NCBI GenBank assembly: GCA_964016885.1
Contig: OZ024742.1
Location: 220,534,001 to 220,598,000 of the forward strand
Reading direction: 5' to 3'
Source of the DNA: Eledone cirrhosa
Taxonomy: Eukaryota
DNA: 64,000 nucleotides
Position 1 is the stretch's first letter, and the number at the start of each line of letters is the position of its first letter. Shown here piece by piece: positions 1 through 12,805 of the stretch. Position numbers and translations under genes: made by a program. The notes beneath the pieces are model-generated. The model made no database searches and was not told the origin of the DNA. It was given only the letters and a program-made list of their open reading frames with translations.

Positions 1-765
1 TGTATTTTACCTGTGGAATTCCAATACACAAACGTATATATCAGTCATTTGAGTTTAAGTAAGAAACAATTTCCATGACAAAAAGGAAATTGTAAAATTT
101 AAAAGAAAAAGAAAAAAAGCAGAGAAAACAACTGACTCATAAAATAGATTCAGTTGATCACAGTGGGAGGGGGAGAGAAAGAGATAGAGAGCAAGAGGGG
201 AGAGAGAGGAGGAAGGAGAGAGCAGAGGAAGTTGAAAATATACTCAGATATATACACATAAATAGAAGTAGAATGTTTATACCGGGTTTCTTTACATAAA
301 AAAAAACTTTGTCACATTGATTAACTACAAGGTTTGTGTTAGACATTTTAAGAGGATATGCATATGATATTCAAATAGGTACATACACCCATTAATGAGC
401 ATATATGCACACACAAATGCACGCATACACCTGCACCTGCACATATACACTTCCATATGCCACAACATGTCTACATACACTCACGCGCATAAACAAATAT
501 GCTCTCACACTCATGAATGTGTACATACATGCATACACACACATACAAACACACATGCATGCACAAATATACCGTATATACTTGAATATAATTCAATTCC
601 CCCACCCCTATTTTATGTCTGAGAAATGAGCCAAAATCCAAACCCAAGCCAAGGCAGCATCAACACATATTTAGATGGCGCGGTTTTGAAATTCTCATGA
701 GTATAAAAGATATATATGGAATTTTAATATTTTGATGTTTAAAATGTTTTAAGTGTCGTTTAGAG

Positions 766-957
766 CAGGATGTCAAACGTGCAGCATGCAGGCCGCAAGC
801 ACACCTGCGGCCCACACAAAGGTTTTTTCCAGCATGAGCGTAATATAAAATTAAAAAATATTAGTTGTAATTTGCGCAATTAGTTGTCATGTGTGGCCCT
901 CAGACAACACATATGTGAGCCACGTGGCCCTCGGGGAGCCCCAGTTTGACATGCCTG
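766..957. mobile_element. hAT (Charlie-like) MITE
   Basis: TIRs CAGGATGTCAAAC / GTTTGACATGCCTG with an exact 8-bp TSD GTTTAGAG (758-765, 958-965). Confidence 0.85.
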
Positions 958-1264
958 GTTTAGAGTATAGTTTCAGGTTCACAACTCCATTGAGTAATGC
1001 TATTTTACTATTTCATTCGTTTTATAGTTTCAACAAGTTTATCAAACTTTTGTTCACTTCTAGCCACTCACATGCTGGAAGTAGTTGAAAGCAAGAGATT
1101 GAATAAGGAACTTTGTATAGGGATTCATAGAGTAGAAGAAGAAGAGAGAGACAGCAAGTGAGAAACGAAGAGAAGAGAAAGAGCGGGTGAGAGCAATGAA
1201 ACACAAGTCAAAATTAAAATTTCAATCTTACGTAAGATTGAAAGAAAAAGTGTGTGTGAGTGTG

Positions 1265-1568
1265 CAAACCTGCCAACCTCTAAAACCCCAAATGGGGAGT
1301 ACCATGAAAAAGTGCCCCAAAACAGGGAGAGATGAGGCAAAATGGGGAGATTTCACATAATGAAAGCTATACCCATTTTCACAAGACAAGACATCTCTTA
1401 CCAAAGCAAATAAAAATATTGCAAAATATTCTGAACGGGGAGTTTTCATGGGGAGATTTTTTTAAGTTTGTCAAAAATGGGGAGATTTTATGCCCTAATG
1501 GGGAGTCGAGGAGAAATGTGCCAAAACGGGGAGATCTCCCTGCTGAATGAGGAGAGTTGACAGGTCTG
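1265..1568. mobile_element. MITE, probably hAT-type
   Basis: TIRs CAAACCTGCCAAC / GTTGACAGGTCTG; internal reiterated GGGGAGAT motifs; TSD unclear in TG-rich flanks. Confidence 0.65.
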
Positions 1569-2019
1569 GTGTATGTGTGCATATATGTGCATGTACATGT
1601 GTGTGTGCATGTGTGTATGTATGTTTGTGCATGCATGTATGCGTATATGTATAGGGGATATTTATGTATTAAAATGTTTTATTATAAAAGTTTATTGGGA
1701 ATATTTTTAAATGAATGCATAAATAACACTAATGACAATGTAGTAAAGGTGGAAAAACTGTTTTATTGTAAAATAATCACTCCAGATATTTTAGCACCTT
1801 ATTTACATAGAATTTGAAGTTGGTGAAAATGAGTAAAATATTGACCTTGAAGTATATACAGTATATATATTTATGTATGAACCTGCACTGTAACTCCTGA
1901 TAGAGATGTAGTATCTTGAGCACTTTAAACTTGGCAGAGTCCATCCCCTCTCCAAGTCTGAACACAACCAATTTCTTGCAAAGAAGGAGAGAAAGTAAAA
2001 AAAGAGATATAAATGAAGA

Positions 2020-2170
2020 ATTGATCCCAGTACTGGACTGGTACTTTTTTTTTTATCAAACTAAAAATAATAAAAGGAAAGTTCACCTCGGTGGGTTTTG
2101 AACTCAGAGTACAGAGAGGTGAAATGAAGACTGCAGTGCATTCTGTCCACAGTTCTAACGACTCTACCAA
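2020..2170 (-). mobile_element. older tRNA-derived SINE fragment
   Basis: cccagtac..tggtacttt..ttatc..aaag..aagttcacctcgg..tttgaactcag resembles the young SINE family. Confidence 0.55.
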
Positions 2171-2999
2171 TGCACCATCATAGGAGAGCTTCATCTAACT
2201 CCCTGTTGGAACTAGTCCATGCTGGAGAGGAGAGCATGTTGCTCACCAGGGTGGAGCAAGCGTGGATTGAGGAAAGGAAGCAGGGGAGGGAGAGAGGGAC
2301 GAACATTTACAAAGACCAAGACCCCAAATCACTTGGGCAACGCAGCCTGATCACAGGACTCTGGAGAGAGTCTGACATTGACCAAGCACTCAGGTCTCTT
2401 GAAGATTAGGTCGTCGAAGCGTTGGAGGCAGGACAAAAATCTGAGATGGGCTAACCTTGAGCATATATAGAAACTTATGAATTGAAATGTAGTTTCTGAT
2501 TATGAAAAAACTTTCTAGCGGACATGATATCCAGTCTTATTTGTATCTGCCGCCACAGTTAAAGCATTCTTCATAGCATAGTTTTAGTTGACTTACGGAT
2601 CCTGACAGATATAAAGGTATTTTGTCATTTATTGGAACTTATCCAAAGACAAATCCTTTGATGATTAGTTTCATATCTTCCGGAACTTTACCAAAAGCGA
2701 TAGTTGGTAAAGGATAATCAATTATTTAGATCCATTTTTGCTTCGGTTTACGAAATATGAAACGGTCCAGTAAGGAAAATAAGAACTTTTCCATCTTAAA
2801 GTATGTACTTTTTCCTAAATTTTATATGCTTAATATATATGTACAAAATACTATATGTTTCTCTAACAATATATGGCTCTTTCTCTCTCTCCCTCTCTCT
2901 CTACATATATATATACATATATCTTTTAATTTGAATTATATGAATTACATATATATATATAAGCATATAGACAATATGCCCCCACCCTCTCCCACTGCA

Positions 3000-3147
3000 G
3001 ATGTAGAAATCTAGCCAGAATCAGTTCCCGTATGAGCATGACAAGGTCAGCTGACCGGGCACTGCCCACAACAGGACAACCCATCTAACCAATGCTAGCG
3101 TGGAAGAATGGACGTAAAATAGTGATGATGATGATGATGATGATGAT
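3000..3147 (+). mobile_element. retroposon 3' part with (GAT)n tail
   Basis: tgtagaaatc..atgctagcgtggaa..ggacgtaaaa..(GAT)n; related copies near 5060, 7580-7737, 12577-12735 (-), 22700-22795, 23040-23150 (-) and 53975-54158. Confidence 0.6.
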
Positions 3148-4169
3148 ATATATATGCAAAAAAGAAAATGGAAAAATAACACAACAGATGATGAAGTATA
3201 ATGAAGATATGTATTAGCTTCACGCTTAATATAGTAGGAAAAGTCTTAATGTTTCGGATGCTAGTCCTTCATCAGAAAATAGAATGAGAAATCAAAGAAG
3301 AAATAGAAAGATAGAAGAGAGTGGAAAACTGTTGATAGGAGCATTTATGGTGTAGGAAGTTTCAGTTGGGCGTCTTTTGAAAGCCTGGGATCAATAGCGT
3401 CTTATATAGTTCTGAACATGCACACAAATACACATGAGTTTATATATTTTTAAATAGGACACATCTATCAGTATATCTTTTACTATTAACATTGTAAATC
3501 ATATTTATTGCTTGTATTTTTCTTAAAACCACTGAACATATACAAAAGCTTTTATACCAGTAAAATTTTTGGAAATACAGCAACGACCTATATCTATTTG
3601 TCTATCTGTCAATCCCTCTCTCGCATTCTTTCTCCCCCCACCCCCTCTCTCTTTTATTCTCTCTTTCTCTCTATCTCTCTCTCTTCTGTAAATCTCTATC
3701 TCTATTTATATGTGCCTCTATATCTCTTTATACATACACCTATGTAAAGAAACAAATAGATTATCTGTAAGATAGTGATTTCGTGTTAGTGATTATATAT
3801 ATATTTTTTCCCTTCATTTCATTAAATGAAAATACATGATATGATATGAACCCTTTAACTCCTAAGGGAGCCATAGGGTGCTGATTTGACATATGGTGGT
3901 TCCTGGGACATTTTAAAGCCTGACAGAGATATAGTTAAAATGTGTAGTCCCAATGTAGAGATCAACCTTTTCAACTTCGATTTCAAAAGAAACTTGTGCA
4001 ACTAAAGTTGAAACAGACAAGACTGTCCATTGTGACTACACCTTTTAACTATACCGTCTCATTATGCATTGAGTACTACCTTGATTTTTGGTCTTAACAA
4101 AGACAGTCTTGTATTCTATCTCTCTGCATGACACCTTCAGCATGTGTTTCCTACTATAACTTTGATATG

Positions 4170-4400
4170 GGTGTTGGACTTAAGATCATAATATCGGGGT
4201 TCAATTCCTAGACTGGGTTGTGTTCTTGAGCAAAACACTTCATTTCATGTTGCTCCTGTATACTCAGCTAAAGATGAGTAGAAGCAATAGATGGGAGTTT
4301 AACCCTGTGATTGGCATCATGTCCAGAGAGAGGTCTTGTAATCTCACTTGGTTTAAGCCAAAGAAACTGAGATAAGCACAGACCAGATGAGGCTCCTGAC
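4170..4400 (+). mobile_element. tRNA-derived SINE with CORE-like domain
   Basis: B box GGTTCAATTCC followed by TGTTCTTGAGCAAAACACTT. Confidence 0.6.
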
Positions 4401-5321
4401 TTGAGACAAACTTGATTCAACCATTGCTTTATAAGAGAATTTCGTAGATGTACATATAGATATATGCAGCAAATTGGCAGTGTCATTAGAATATTGGATA
4501 GAATATTTTGCAGTATTCGTTCTGGCTCCCTGATCTCCGAATTCAAAACCTATCATGGTCAACTTTGCATTTCAATTCTTTCAAGTCCAATAGAAAAAAA
4601 AATAAGTACCAGTCCAGTACTGGGGTCCATTCTTCCTCCATATCTCTTTCTCATTTCTTCTTTCTCTCTCCTATCTACTCTGCAAGATATCAGCTGTTTT
4701 CAAACCCAGAGAGATGTTTAAAATACCTTTGTTTAAAATGCCCAAGTCCAACTGAATGTCAATATTACGCCCCTATGACTTCATCAGGAGTTACGGGTTC
4801 ATATATATGTGCATATTTAAATATACCACTGTGTGTGTGTGGGAGAGTGTCTAAGTGTGTGTGTATGTTTATATGAGTGTGTATATGTGTATATTTATGT
4901 GTGCCTGTCTACCAAAGGCTCTCTGCTTCTCTTCACATTCTCTTTAGCAAATATGGTAATATTTGTTTATGTTCTTGCAGAAACAGAGACAGTCTCATTG
5001 CTCATATATTAGACATGCAAATATTTACACTGTACTTTTAAAAAAGGACAGGTGAGAATTGGTGTCAGGAAGAGCATCCAGCAGTAGAATTCTGCTTCCA
5101 AAGGACTCTTCAAGCCCATGCCAGTTGTAAAACTGATGATAGGTAGATTACATACTTATCATCATCATCAATATCATCATCATCGCTTAATGTCCATTTT
5201 CCATGCTAGCATAGGTAGGACTATTATATGTGTGTGTGTGCGTGTGTGTATAGTAGAAAAAGCAGGTAAAGTGTTATACAAAACAAAGGTTATAGTTAAA
5301 AAAACGTCTAAAGTCTGTCTT

Positions 5322-5573
5322 AAGCCAGAAGGTTCATTTGGCCAGTGCTTATCCCAGTTTCATAGCATGAAGCGACTGAGTGTACAAGACTCCTCCCTGG
5401 ACTGGATGCCAGTCCATCGCAGGGTTAAACCCCCAGCTATTGCTGCTACTCATTTTCAGCTGAGTATACTGGAGCAATGTGAAATGAAGAACACAACACG
5501 CAACCCAGGAATCGAACCAACGACATTATGATCATAAGTCCAACACCCTTACCACTAGGCCACGTGCCTCCAC
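5322..5573 (-). mobile_element. tRNA-derived CORE-like SINE
   Basis: reverse complement reads GGAGGCACGTGGCCTAGTGGTAAGG (A box)..GGTTCGATTCC (B box); homologous to 4170, 22468 and 26270. Confidence 0.7.
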
Positions 5574-5679
5574 TATAGTTAAAAAGGGAAGGTAAAAATG
5601 CACTGCAGTATATTTAAAGTTTATTCTTTCTTTAATCCAACAGAATGAATAATTTTATAATTGTTGCATTAAATATAAT

Positions 5680-5865
5680 TGTTTCTACTTTTGGCACAAG
5701 GCCAGCAATTACCCAGTGTATTACTGGTACTTTATTTTATCGACCCTGTAAGGATGAAAGGCAAAGTTAACCTCGGCGGGATTTGAACTCAGAATGGCAA
5801 GGGCCGTAACTCTATGCGTCAAGGCATGGCATCCGACCCTCTACCGTTACTGCCAATCCACCGCC
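5680..5865 (-). mobile_element. full-length young tRNA-derived SINE, subfamily A (Meta-like core, tentative)
   Basis: A box TGGCAGTAACGG, B box GAGTTCAAATCC, core GCCTTTCATCCTTAC.GGGTCGATAAAA, 3' end AGAAACA; 20-bp TSD 5660-5679 / 5866-5885. Confidence 0.9.
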
Positions 5866-6473
5866 ATTGTTGCATTAAATATAATCAGTTTCGATTGGTA
5901 TAACAATCTTATAAATATTTTATATTAAATATCAAATATTCAAAAGAATGTTTTTTCATGTATTCTGTGAGCATTTCGAATATATGTGAGTTTTCTGTCA
6001 AAATTTCTCCTTATATATATGTTCTTTATGAAGGTGTGGTAGTGGAGTTGGAGGTCGGATTCAGCAAGTCAGAAATTCAATTGAATTCACTTGGTTAAAA
6101 ATAAAAAATGTTCTAACCATTCATACTAATGGACCAGAAGGCATTTTTAATGTGTGTGGGTGGGAGGTATTAAGGTGGGGTTCAATTGTGTCGAAAGGTC
6201 AGTTTAGGTGAGGATATAGAATTAATCTTTTGTTTTGTGGTGTGTGTGTGTATGTATGTGTGTATGTATGTGTGCTTTTACCCAATAATTAGTCATAGGA
6301 TTCCATGAACAAAATATTTACAGCCAATCTCTATTGCTATTTAGAGACACATTTCACACACAACTAAAAAACAACCAGAAAAGGTGCCTGAATGATTGCT
6401 TTATCTTATGACAGGAAAACCTTGATATACTCACAGAATTAACAGCAAAATCCAATTCCCAATGGAAATTAAT

Positions 6474-6574
6474 TGTTTCTACTTTAGGCACAAGGCCAGC
6501 AATTACCCAGTGCATTACTGGTACTTTATTTTATCGACCCCGTAAGGATGAAAGGCAAAGTCAACCTCGGCAGG
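6474..6574 (-). mobile_element. 5'-truncated copy of the young SINE
   Basis: near-identical to the 3' half of 5680-5865; abuts the Penelope relic. Confidence 0.85.
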
Positions 6575-7460
6575 TTATACCAAGGAACTAGTCTTTTTAG
6601 AAAACAACATTTTTTAAATGGAGGCAAGAATAGAAAGAGACATTTTTTATAAACCCACAGACTCCAAACAGTACCTTCTTTTTACATCGATTCACCCAAA
6701 ACACTCAAAACTGAACATTCCTTTTAACCTAGCTAAAAGGATTTGCACTATAGTATTGGACCCAGTCAAACGTGAGTAAAGACTGGATGAACTCAAAAAT
6801 ATACTCACCCAAAGAGCATTCCCACTGAGCGTGATCACCAACAAAATAGAAAGGGCTAAACTTATAAATCCAAGAGCTCAGGACAACAAAAATCAAAACC
6901 AAGGAAAATGTTTTACCATATATACAAAACCTTCCTATTTTATATGAAGATGAAAAAATGAAAAAAATTCAAGAAACACAAAATCATCAAGAGTAAAAGT
7001 CAGCCTAAAACACTAAACCAAATCCTTACTGGGACAAAAACCCATGAACAAATCTCCAACCGCACTGTTACAAAATGTGGAAAAACACATTGTAGTACCT
7101 GTTTACACCTATTTGAAGGACCAGAATTCAAATTTAAGGATGGACAATCCTTCAGAATAAAAGAACATTTCACCTGCAACTTGGAAAACCTAATCTATGT
7201 GATTACACACTGTGGATGTCTGCAAAATTAAATAGGACTGGCAGGAATTTCACTACACAAAAAATGACCATATACTGCCAACAAATCCACAAATGAAAAC
7301 AAGAGAAAATCCTTTTTAAGCAGCCACATTGCAACATGTGCAAGATTAGATATACCCAACTTGAAAATTTTCCCAGTCAACAAATGCTCAGACTCTTTCA
7401 CTCAACAATAGAGAATAAAGAAAAACAATTCATTAACAACAAATACAAACCACAATAGCC
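6575..7460 (+). mobile_element. Penelope-like element relic (RT thumb plus GIY-YIG region)
   Basis: translates FYKPTDSKQYLLFTSIHPKHSKLNIPFNLAKRICTIV, then KCGKTHCSTC..FTCNLENLIYVITHCGC; stops and frameshifts. Confidence 0.8.
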
Positions 7461-7819
7461 GGGAAGCTGGTAGTAAATATATATATATATATATAGTGTC
7501 ACAACAAAAAACATCCAGCTGACACTGTAAAGTGGTCATGTAGATGTCACAACAAAAAGTACCTAGCCCGTAAATATGGTTGGCATGAGAAGAGCATCCA
7601 GCTGTAGAAACCAAGCCAAAATCACTTCTATATAAGTAAGACATGGTCACCTGACCTGGCCTCTTTCACAAGAGAACAACTTGTCTAACCCATGCTAGCA
7701 TGGAAAATGGACATTAAACAGTAATGATGATGATGATTATATATATATATTATGTGGTGCAGGCTGACCTGTAGAGTTGAACCTCCCAAAGGATTGATTG
7801 AGTGGTGATATGTTATATG

Positions 7820-8089
7820 CAGGGGTGGATTTAGACCTTGGGGGCCTCCTCATACACAAAAAAAATAGAATACACACAGTACCCCCAATTTTAAATATCA
7901 AAGTAGCTTGGCACAAGTAATTGGAATTGTTATACATACAGGTATTAAATTCAAAAATTCTAACCATCCTAAAACTAAAAAGCCCAACTGAGGGCACAAA
8001 TAAATTGCTATAGCCATCACTAGTATGGCATCCGACTGCATGAGGCCCAGGGCAATTGCCCCCCTTTGCCCCCATTAAATCCAGCCCTG
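7820..8089. mobile_element. hAT-like MITE
   Basis: TIRs CAGGGGTGGATTTA / TAAATCCAGCCCTG; degenerate 8-bp TSD GTTATATG / GCCATATG. Confidence 0.7.
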
Positions 8090-8851
8090 GCCATATGCCA
8101 TACAATAGAGGACTTGCCTTCCCAACTTGTTTCCTATTCATTGCCTACTCCTCTGTCCCTCTTCTCCACCTTAATCCTTCTATCCTAGATATATTCTCCT
8201 TTCACTTATCTAAGTCCTCCACCTTAGTCTCCTTCCCCTTACATCCTTCACTGATCCATCCTTGTTCAACATATGCCAGTATGAAAGAAAGATGTACTCC
8301 TTACCACACATTGACAGAACCGTTAGACAAAATGCCTTGCTATATTTAACTTACAGATCTTTACTGCCATAGTTCAAATCTCACCAGGGTCAACTTTGCC
8401 TTTTATTCTTCCAGAATTTAATTGGTTGATCTCTTACCCTGAATTTCTTAACTTGGGACTATGTTAGAAACAATTGTGGCTGATCACCCAGACCCAGCCA
8501 CTGAAAGAGACAGGGGCCTTCTGTAGAATGTAAGCACCAAACAGCTGTAAAACACAGCAAGGAATGGGAGACAAAGAAAACATACCTAATCAACCTTCCA
8601 CTTGTAAAAGAATGTGATAAAGTCACTACTACTATCACTCCAACCAATACATAAAAAAGCAATGCAGCAAAGTATGACAACAACAACAACAACAATAACA
8701 ACACTAATACCCCTAAAACAACAGAAAATAACAAGTATAGCAAAGGCAAGAACAGTAACAACAAAACAAACAATGCCACTGCAAATTTCATGGAGAATGA
8801 TTTACCCTCACCCATTGCTCTATCTTCCTTAGTAGTTTACCTCTGCTGGGG

Positions 8852-9029
8852 TTGCTTATTCATCTGGCAGGAGCCCACTCATATTGTAACTATCATATTG
8901 TAACTAGCCATATCACTATCCACTACCTGTGATCCGTTCGCTAGCAGAATGGTGGTGGATAGCGATACAACCACCTGATCTGATAGTTAGTTGTGATATG
9001 ATCAGGCTCCTGCCAGACAAATAAGCAAT
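8852..9029. repeat. fold-back (inverted-repeat) element
   Basis: TGCTTATTCATCTGGCAGGAGCC / GGCTCCTGCCAGACAAATAAGCA, with inner arms ATCACTATCCACTACC / GGTGGTGGATAGCGAT. Confidence 0.65.
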
Positions 9030-9419
9030 AAACTACTAGGAGAGATAGATTAATGGATGATACTGTTAGCTCCCAAAAACCTCCCACAACTCAGGAATGT
9101 AGCTGCAATGATGCAAGTAAAGGCTGCCTCTAAAAAAGTTTACTTTTCGCAGGTCTAAGGAACGTACTAATTTGGTGACTGGCGCAAATGAAATACAAAA
9201 ACACAGCAATATGGCTAGACACAACAAAAGCAGTCATACTGCATCACCCTTCATGCAAGATAACAAGGGATGCATTCAGGTCTTTAGTAGATGGGCCTAT
9301 TCGAAAAATATAATGCAGTCTCCACCCAATGCTGTATAAACTGGCGATGGGCATGAAACCTGTCCTGGGAAGCATGAAATGGAAGTACAATGGTTGCATA
9401 TCATGAGACCACAGAGAGG

Positions 9420-11295
9420 GCCTGGAAGAGAGAGAACCTTGACAATTGGTAACTGGAATGTTACAACCCTTATAAGCATGAAGAAGGAGGTAGTAGAGGA
9501 AGCTAGATGCAACCAGATAGATATTTTCATGGTTTCCTCAATAAAGTTCTGTGAACATCTTCTACCAACATAAAGACAACCATAAATACACATGCTATAA
9601 GGGGAATTGGAGACAGAGATCAGTAATTGATCTTATTGTCTCTGATCTCTTCTATTCTGTGCTGGATGTTCGTGTTAAGTGTATGGCTGAGCTGTTAACT
9701 AATCACCGTTTAGTCATCTGCAGCTTGATACTACCTACAGCCAAAGAAGCCCACAAAACTTGCAGGTTCAGCTGGACCTACAGGATAAAGTGGACAGCAC
9801 TAGCAGATAAGGAAGTCAGGAACAGGTATGCAAATACCATTGCATCCAAATTCAGAGAACTCCCTGAACAAACTGAGAAAATTGAAACAGAGAGGAGAGT
9901 TTTTAGCTCTGCAATTTCTACTTCAGCTGTTAAATGCTGCAGGCAAAAGTGCCTTGGTGTAGCACCTGGTAAAAGGGGGACCCTTTGGTTCAATCAAGGG
10001 ATCAAAGATGCCATCTGAGCAAAGAAGGAAGATTACAAAGTTTGGCTTGGAAATAAGTCCTCGTTCTTGCACTTACAGTACAAGCAGGCACAAAAAATTG
10101 CAGCAGTGACAGTAAAAGCATCCAAAGTTAAGACATGGGGTTAAGCTGGAATCCAATTTCAGATCAGCAAATAAAGTGTTCTGGCGGACTATCTGCCAAC
10201 TTTGTAATAAGAAGTCCTCCTCCACATCTACTATCAGAAACAGGTTTGGGGTTCCCCGCTTTTCGGAGAGGTGGAGAATATATTTTGCTGATTTCCTAAA
10301 CCTAGTCACAACAACATCTGATGTACACGAGGTGCATCTGGGAAAATGATTAACCCCTAGGAGGCTGAGATCACAAGAGCAATTAAAGAACTGAAATGTG
10401 GTAAGACCGCTGGGAGGATGAAATTCAGCTTGAGATGTTAAAAGCCTTAAATAGAGACAGTATTTTCTGGCTGACTTATGTACACCAGGGGACCTGGATC
10501 TCTGGAAAGGCACCAAAAACAATGGCAATCGGGTGTGATAATCCCAATTTTCAAAAAGGGTGACAAGAGAGATTACTTGAATTATAGAGGGATCTCCTTG
10601 TTAAGCTTCCCCAGTAAAGTCTATGCTAAGTGTCTGGCAAAGAGATGTAGGGATATTGCCGAGTTCAAGCTAGTGTGGATTTTGCCCTGATACAGTACAG
10701 CCAACCAAGTATTCACATTGTGCCAGGTCTTTGAGGAATTATGAGAGTATTGCCAGGAGTTATATTCTTGTTTTGTAGAAAAGGGTGCATTCCATGGGAC
10801 CTGATGATGAAAGGTTCTACAGCTTCTTGTTGCCCTGATATCCCTATCCAAATGCATTATTTGTGTTCTGGTAAATTGTGGCAAGTCGAAACCATACAAT
10901 GTGTGTGTCAGACTCTGCTAATGGTACATACTGTCTCCTCTCCTGTTCATAATTTGTATGGACAGGATTGACATGTGCAGCTAGGTTAGAAGTGGTATCA
11001 CTACTGGTGGGTGTAGGATCAGTCGTCTGGAATTTGCAAACAACATAGTATTACTTAACTCATCAGAAGATGATCTCCGATATGTACTTGGAAGGTTTGC
11101 TGCTAAGTGCTGCCTGGAAGGAATGAAGATCAGTGCTGTGAAGACAGAGACACTTGTCCTCTTAAGAAAACCTGCACAGTGTACTATACATTTGCGTGGA
11201 GTTCTACAGAAGCAGGTGGAGAAGTTCAAGTATCTCTGGGCCATGTTCATGGGTGGTGGTAGGCAGGAGGCTGAATTAAATGCAAGAATTGCTTC
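9420..11295 (+). mobile_element. degenerate RTE-clade LINE (APE plus RT)
   Basis: LTIGNWNVTTL, RSVIDLIVSD, WQSGVIIPIFKKGDKRDYLNYRGISLLS, QVEKFKYL..AELNARI across broken frames. Confidence 0.85.
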
Positions 11296-11519
11296 AGCAT
11301 TCAGTCTTCAGAAGAAGGGAGGTAAGTGTAAAAACCAAACTCCTTTTTCTAAACAAGTTTGTTGTTTGCCCTTTGTTTTTATTTGTTTTTTATTTGTTTG
11401 TTTTGTTTTTTCTGTAGGATGAGGGACAGGGTGCACTTCACAATATAAGTTCTTCAAAACTCTAACAAACAGTTTTGTTATTTCAGAAATTCACCTGCAG
11501 ATATTTCACAATTACCAAA

Positions 11520-11582
11520 ATGTCGCTGAAAACCATGAATATTGTGAAACTGGTTTTCTTCATTCTAAACACTCTCTTTATG
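11520..11582 (+). CDS. tetraspanin coding exon 1 (MSLKTMNIVKLVFFILNTLFM)
   Basis: ATG in AAAATG context, TM1 with conserved Asn, donor ATG|GTGAGT; upstream acceptors tttcag (11486) and ctgcag (11500) imply an unseen 5' UTR exon. Confidence 0.85.
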
Positions 11583-11660
11583 GTGAGTTTCACATGTCGT
11601 TAGACAGTTTATAACTATAATTTTTTATTTCTTTTCTTTTTTTTTATCAAGCTCAGTCCA

Positions 11661-11904
11661 TTAACCTTTTTGATACTAACCCACCCCAAAGTGGCTCTGT
11701 TTCTGTACAACAAAAACATCTCTTTTAAAGAGTTCCTACTTAAATTATAACTTTCCAGTATGATTTTATATAAGAACATTTTGTTATGCTACAAATACCA
11801 TCTTAATGAAATTATAATTTTAGTAAATCTCAAATTCCCAAATTATTCATTAGTCAATTAAAATATAAGGGATTTTGTTAGAAATATGGCAGCAAAAGGG
11901 TTAA
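11661..11904. mobile_element. degenerate piggyBac-type MITE
   Basis: TTAACCTTTTTG ... CAAAAGGGTTAA termini. Confidence 0.5.
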
Positions 11905-11952
11905 TAATTATTGGTGTCATTTTTATTCTCATAAGGATGATCTGCAGAGTCA

Positions 11953-12176
11953 TTAACCCTTTAGCATTTAAACCGGCTATATCTGGCCAGAATTCTCCCA
12001 CTTCTTTCTTTCATGTTAAGGCTGTAATCGGTTGCTCATGTTAAGGTATTGTTCTCAAAATAGATAATATCAAAATTTCATAGATTTAATATTATGTAAG
12101 ATAATTATGTGAGGTAAAGCCTTTACCACAAAAATACAATAGTATATATAGAGTAATGTAAATGCTAAAGGGTTAA
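11953..12176. mobile_element. piggyBac-type MITE
   Basis: TTAA TSD and TIRs CCCTTTAGCATTTA / TAAATGCTAAAGGG. Confidence 0.8.
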
Positions 12177-12805
12177 AGTATTGAACAGATTCTTAGTAGT
12201 AATTGTTCTGGTTCTTTATATTCTGAATCCAAATCCCGTCAAGACCAACTTTGCCTTTCATTCAATAAAATAAAGTACCAGTCAAATACGGGGATTGATA
12301 TAATCAACTTTACCCCTTCCCCAAATTGTTGGTCATGTGCCCGAATTATTCTCACAATTGGTACCTTGTTTATTTCTATTTCAAGGTTCTTGTTCTTGCA
12401 TGTATATTCCTTTCTATCTTAAATTAGATATTTGGACAGTTCACTATGACCTCTTTAACATTTTCAACAGAGACATGTCCCAAAGTCTCATAGTCAGGAA
12501 ATTATCACATGCTGTTTGATATGTGCTTATATCACTATGGCCTCTTTCTCAGTCTCAACAATGACATGTCCCAAAGTATCATCATCATCATCGTTTAATG
12601 TACATTTTCCACACTAGCATGGGTTAGAAATGTTGTCCCATTTGAGGCAAGTTGGATCAGGTGACTGTGTCTTTCTCATATAGAACTGTTTCTGGCTAGG
12701 CTTCTATGGCTGGATGCCCTTCCTAATGCGAACCACGTGTAAAGTGTGTGTTAGGTGTTTTTTATTATGACACCTACATGACCACTTTACAGTGTGGGCT
12801 GGGTG

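Noticed and set aside
2520-2770. Possible promoter or 5' UTR exon of the tetraspanin (a few CpGs, AAG|GTATTT donor)
   Set aside because: It is plausible but cannot be supported without transcript data.
8459-8815. Hydrophobic 118-aa ORF resembling a membrane protein
   Set aside because: It derives from (TTG)-like low-complexity sequence.
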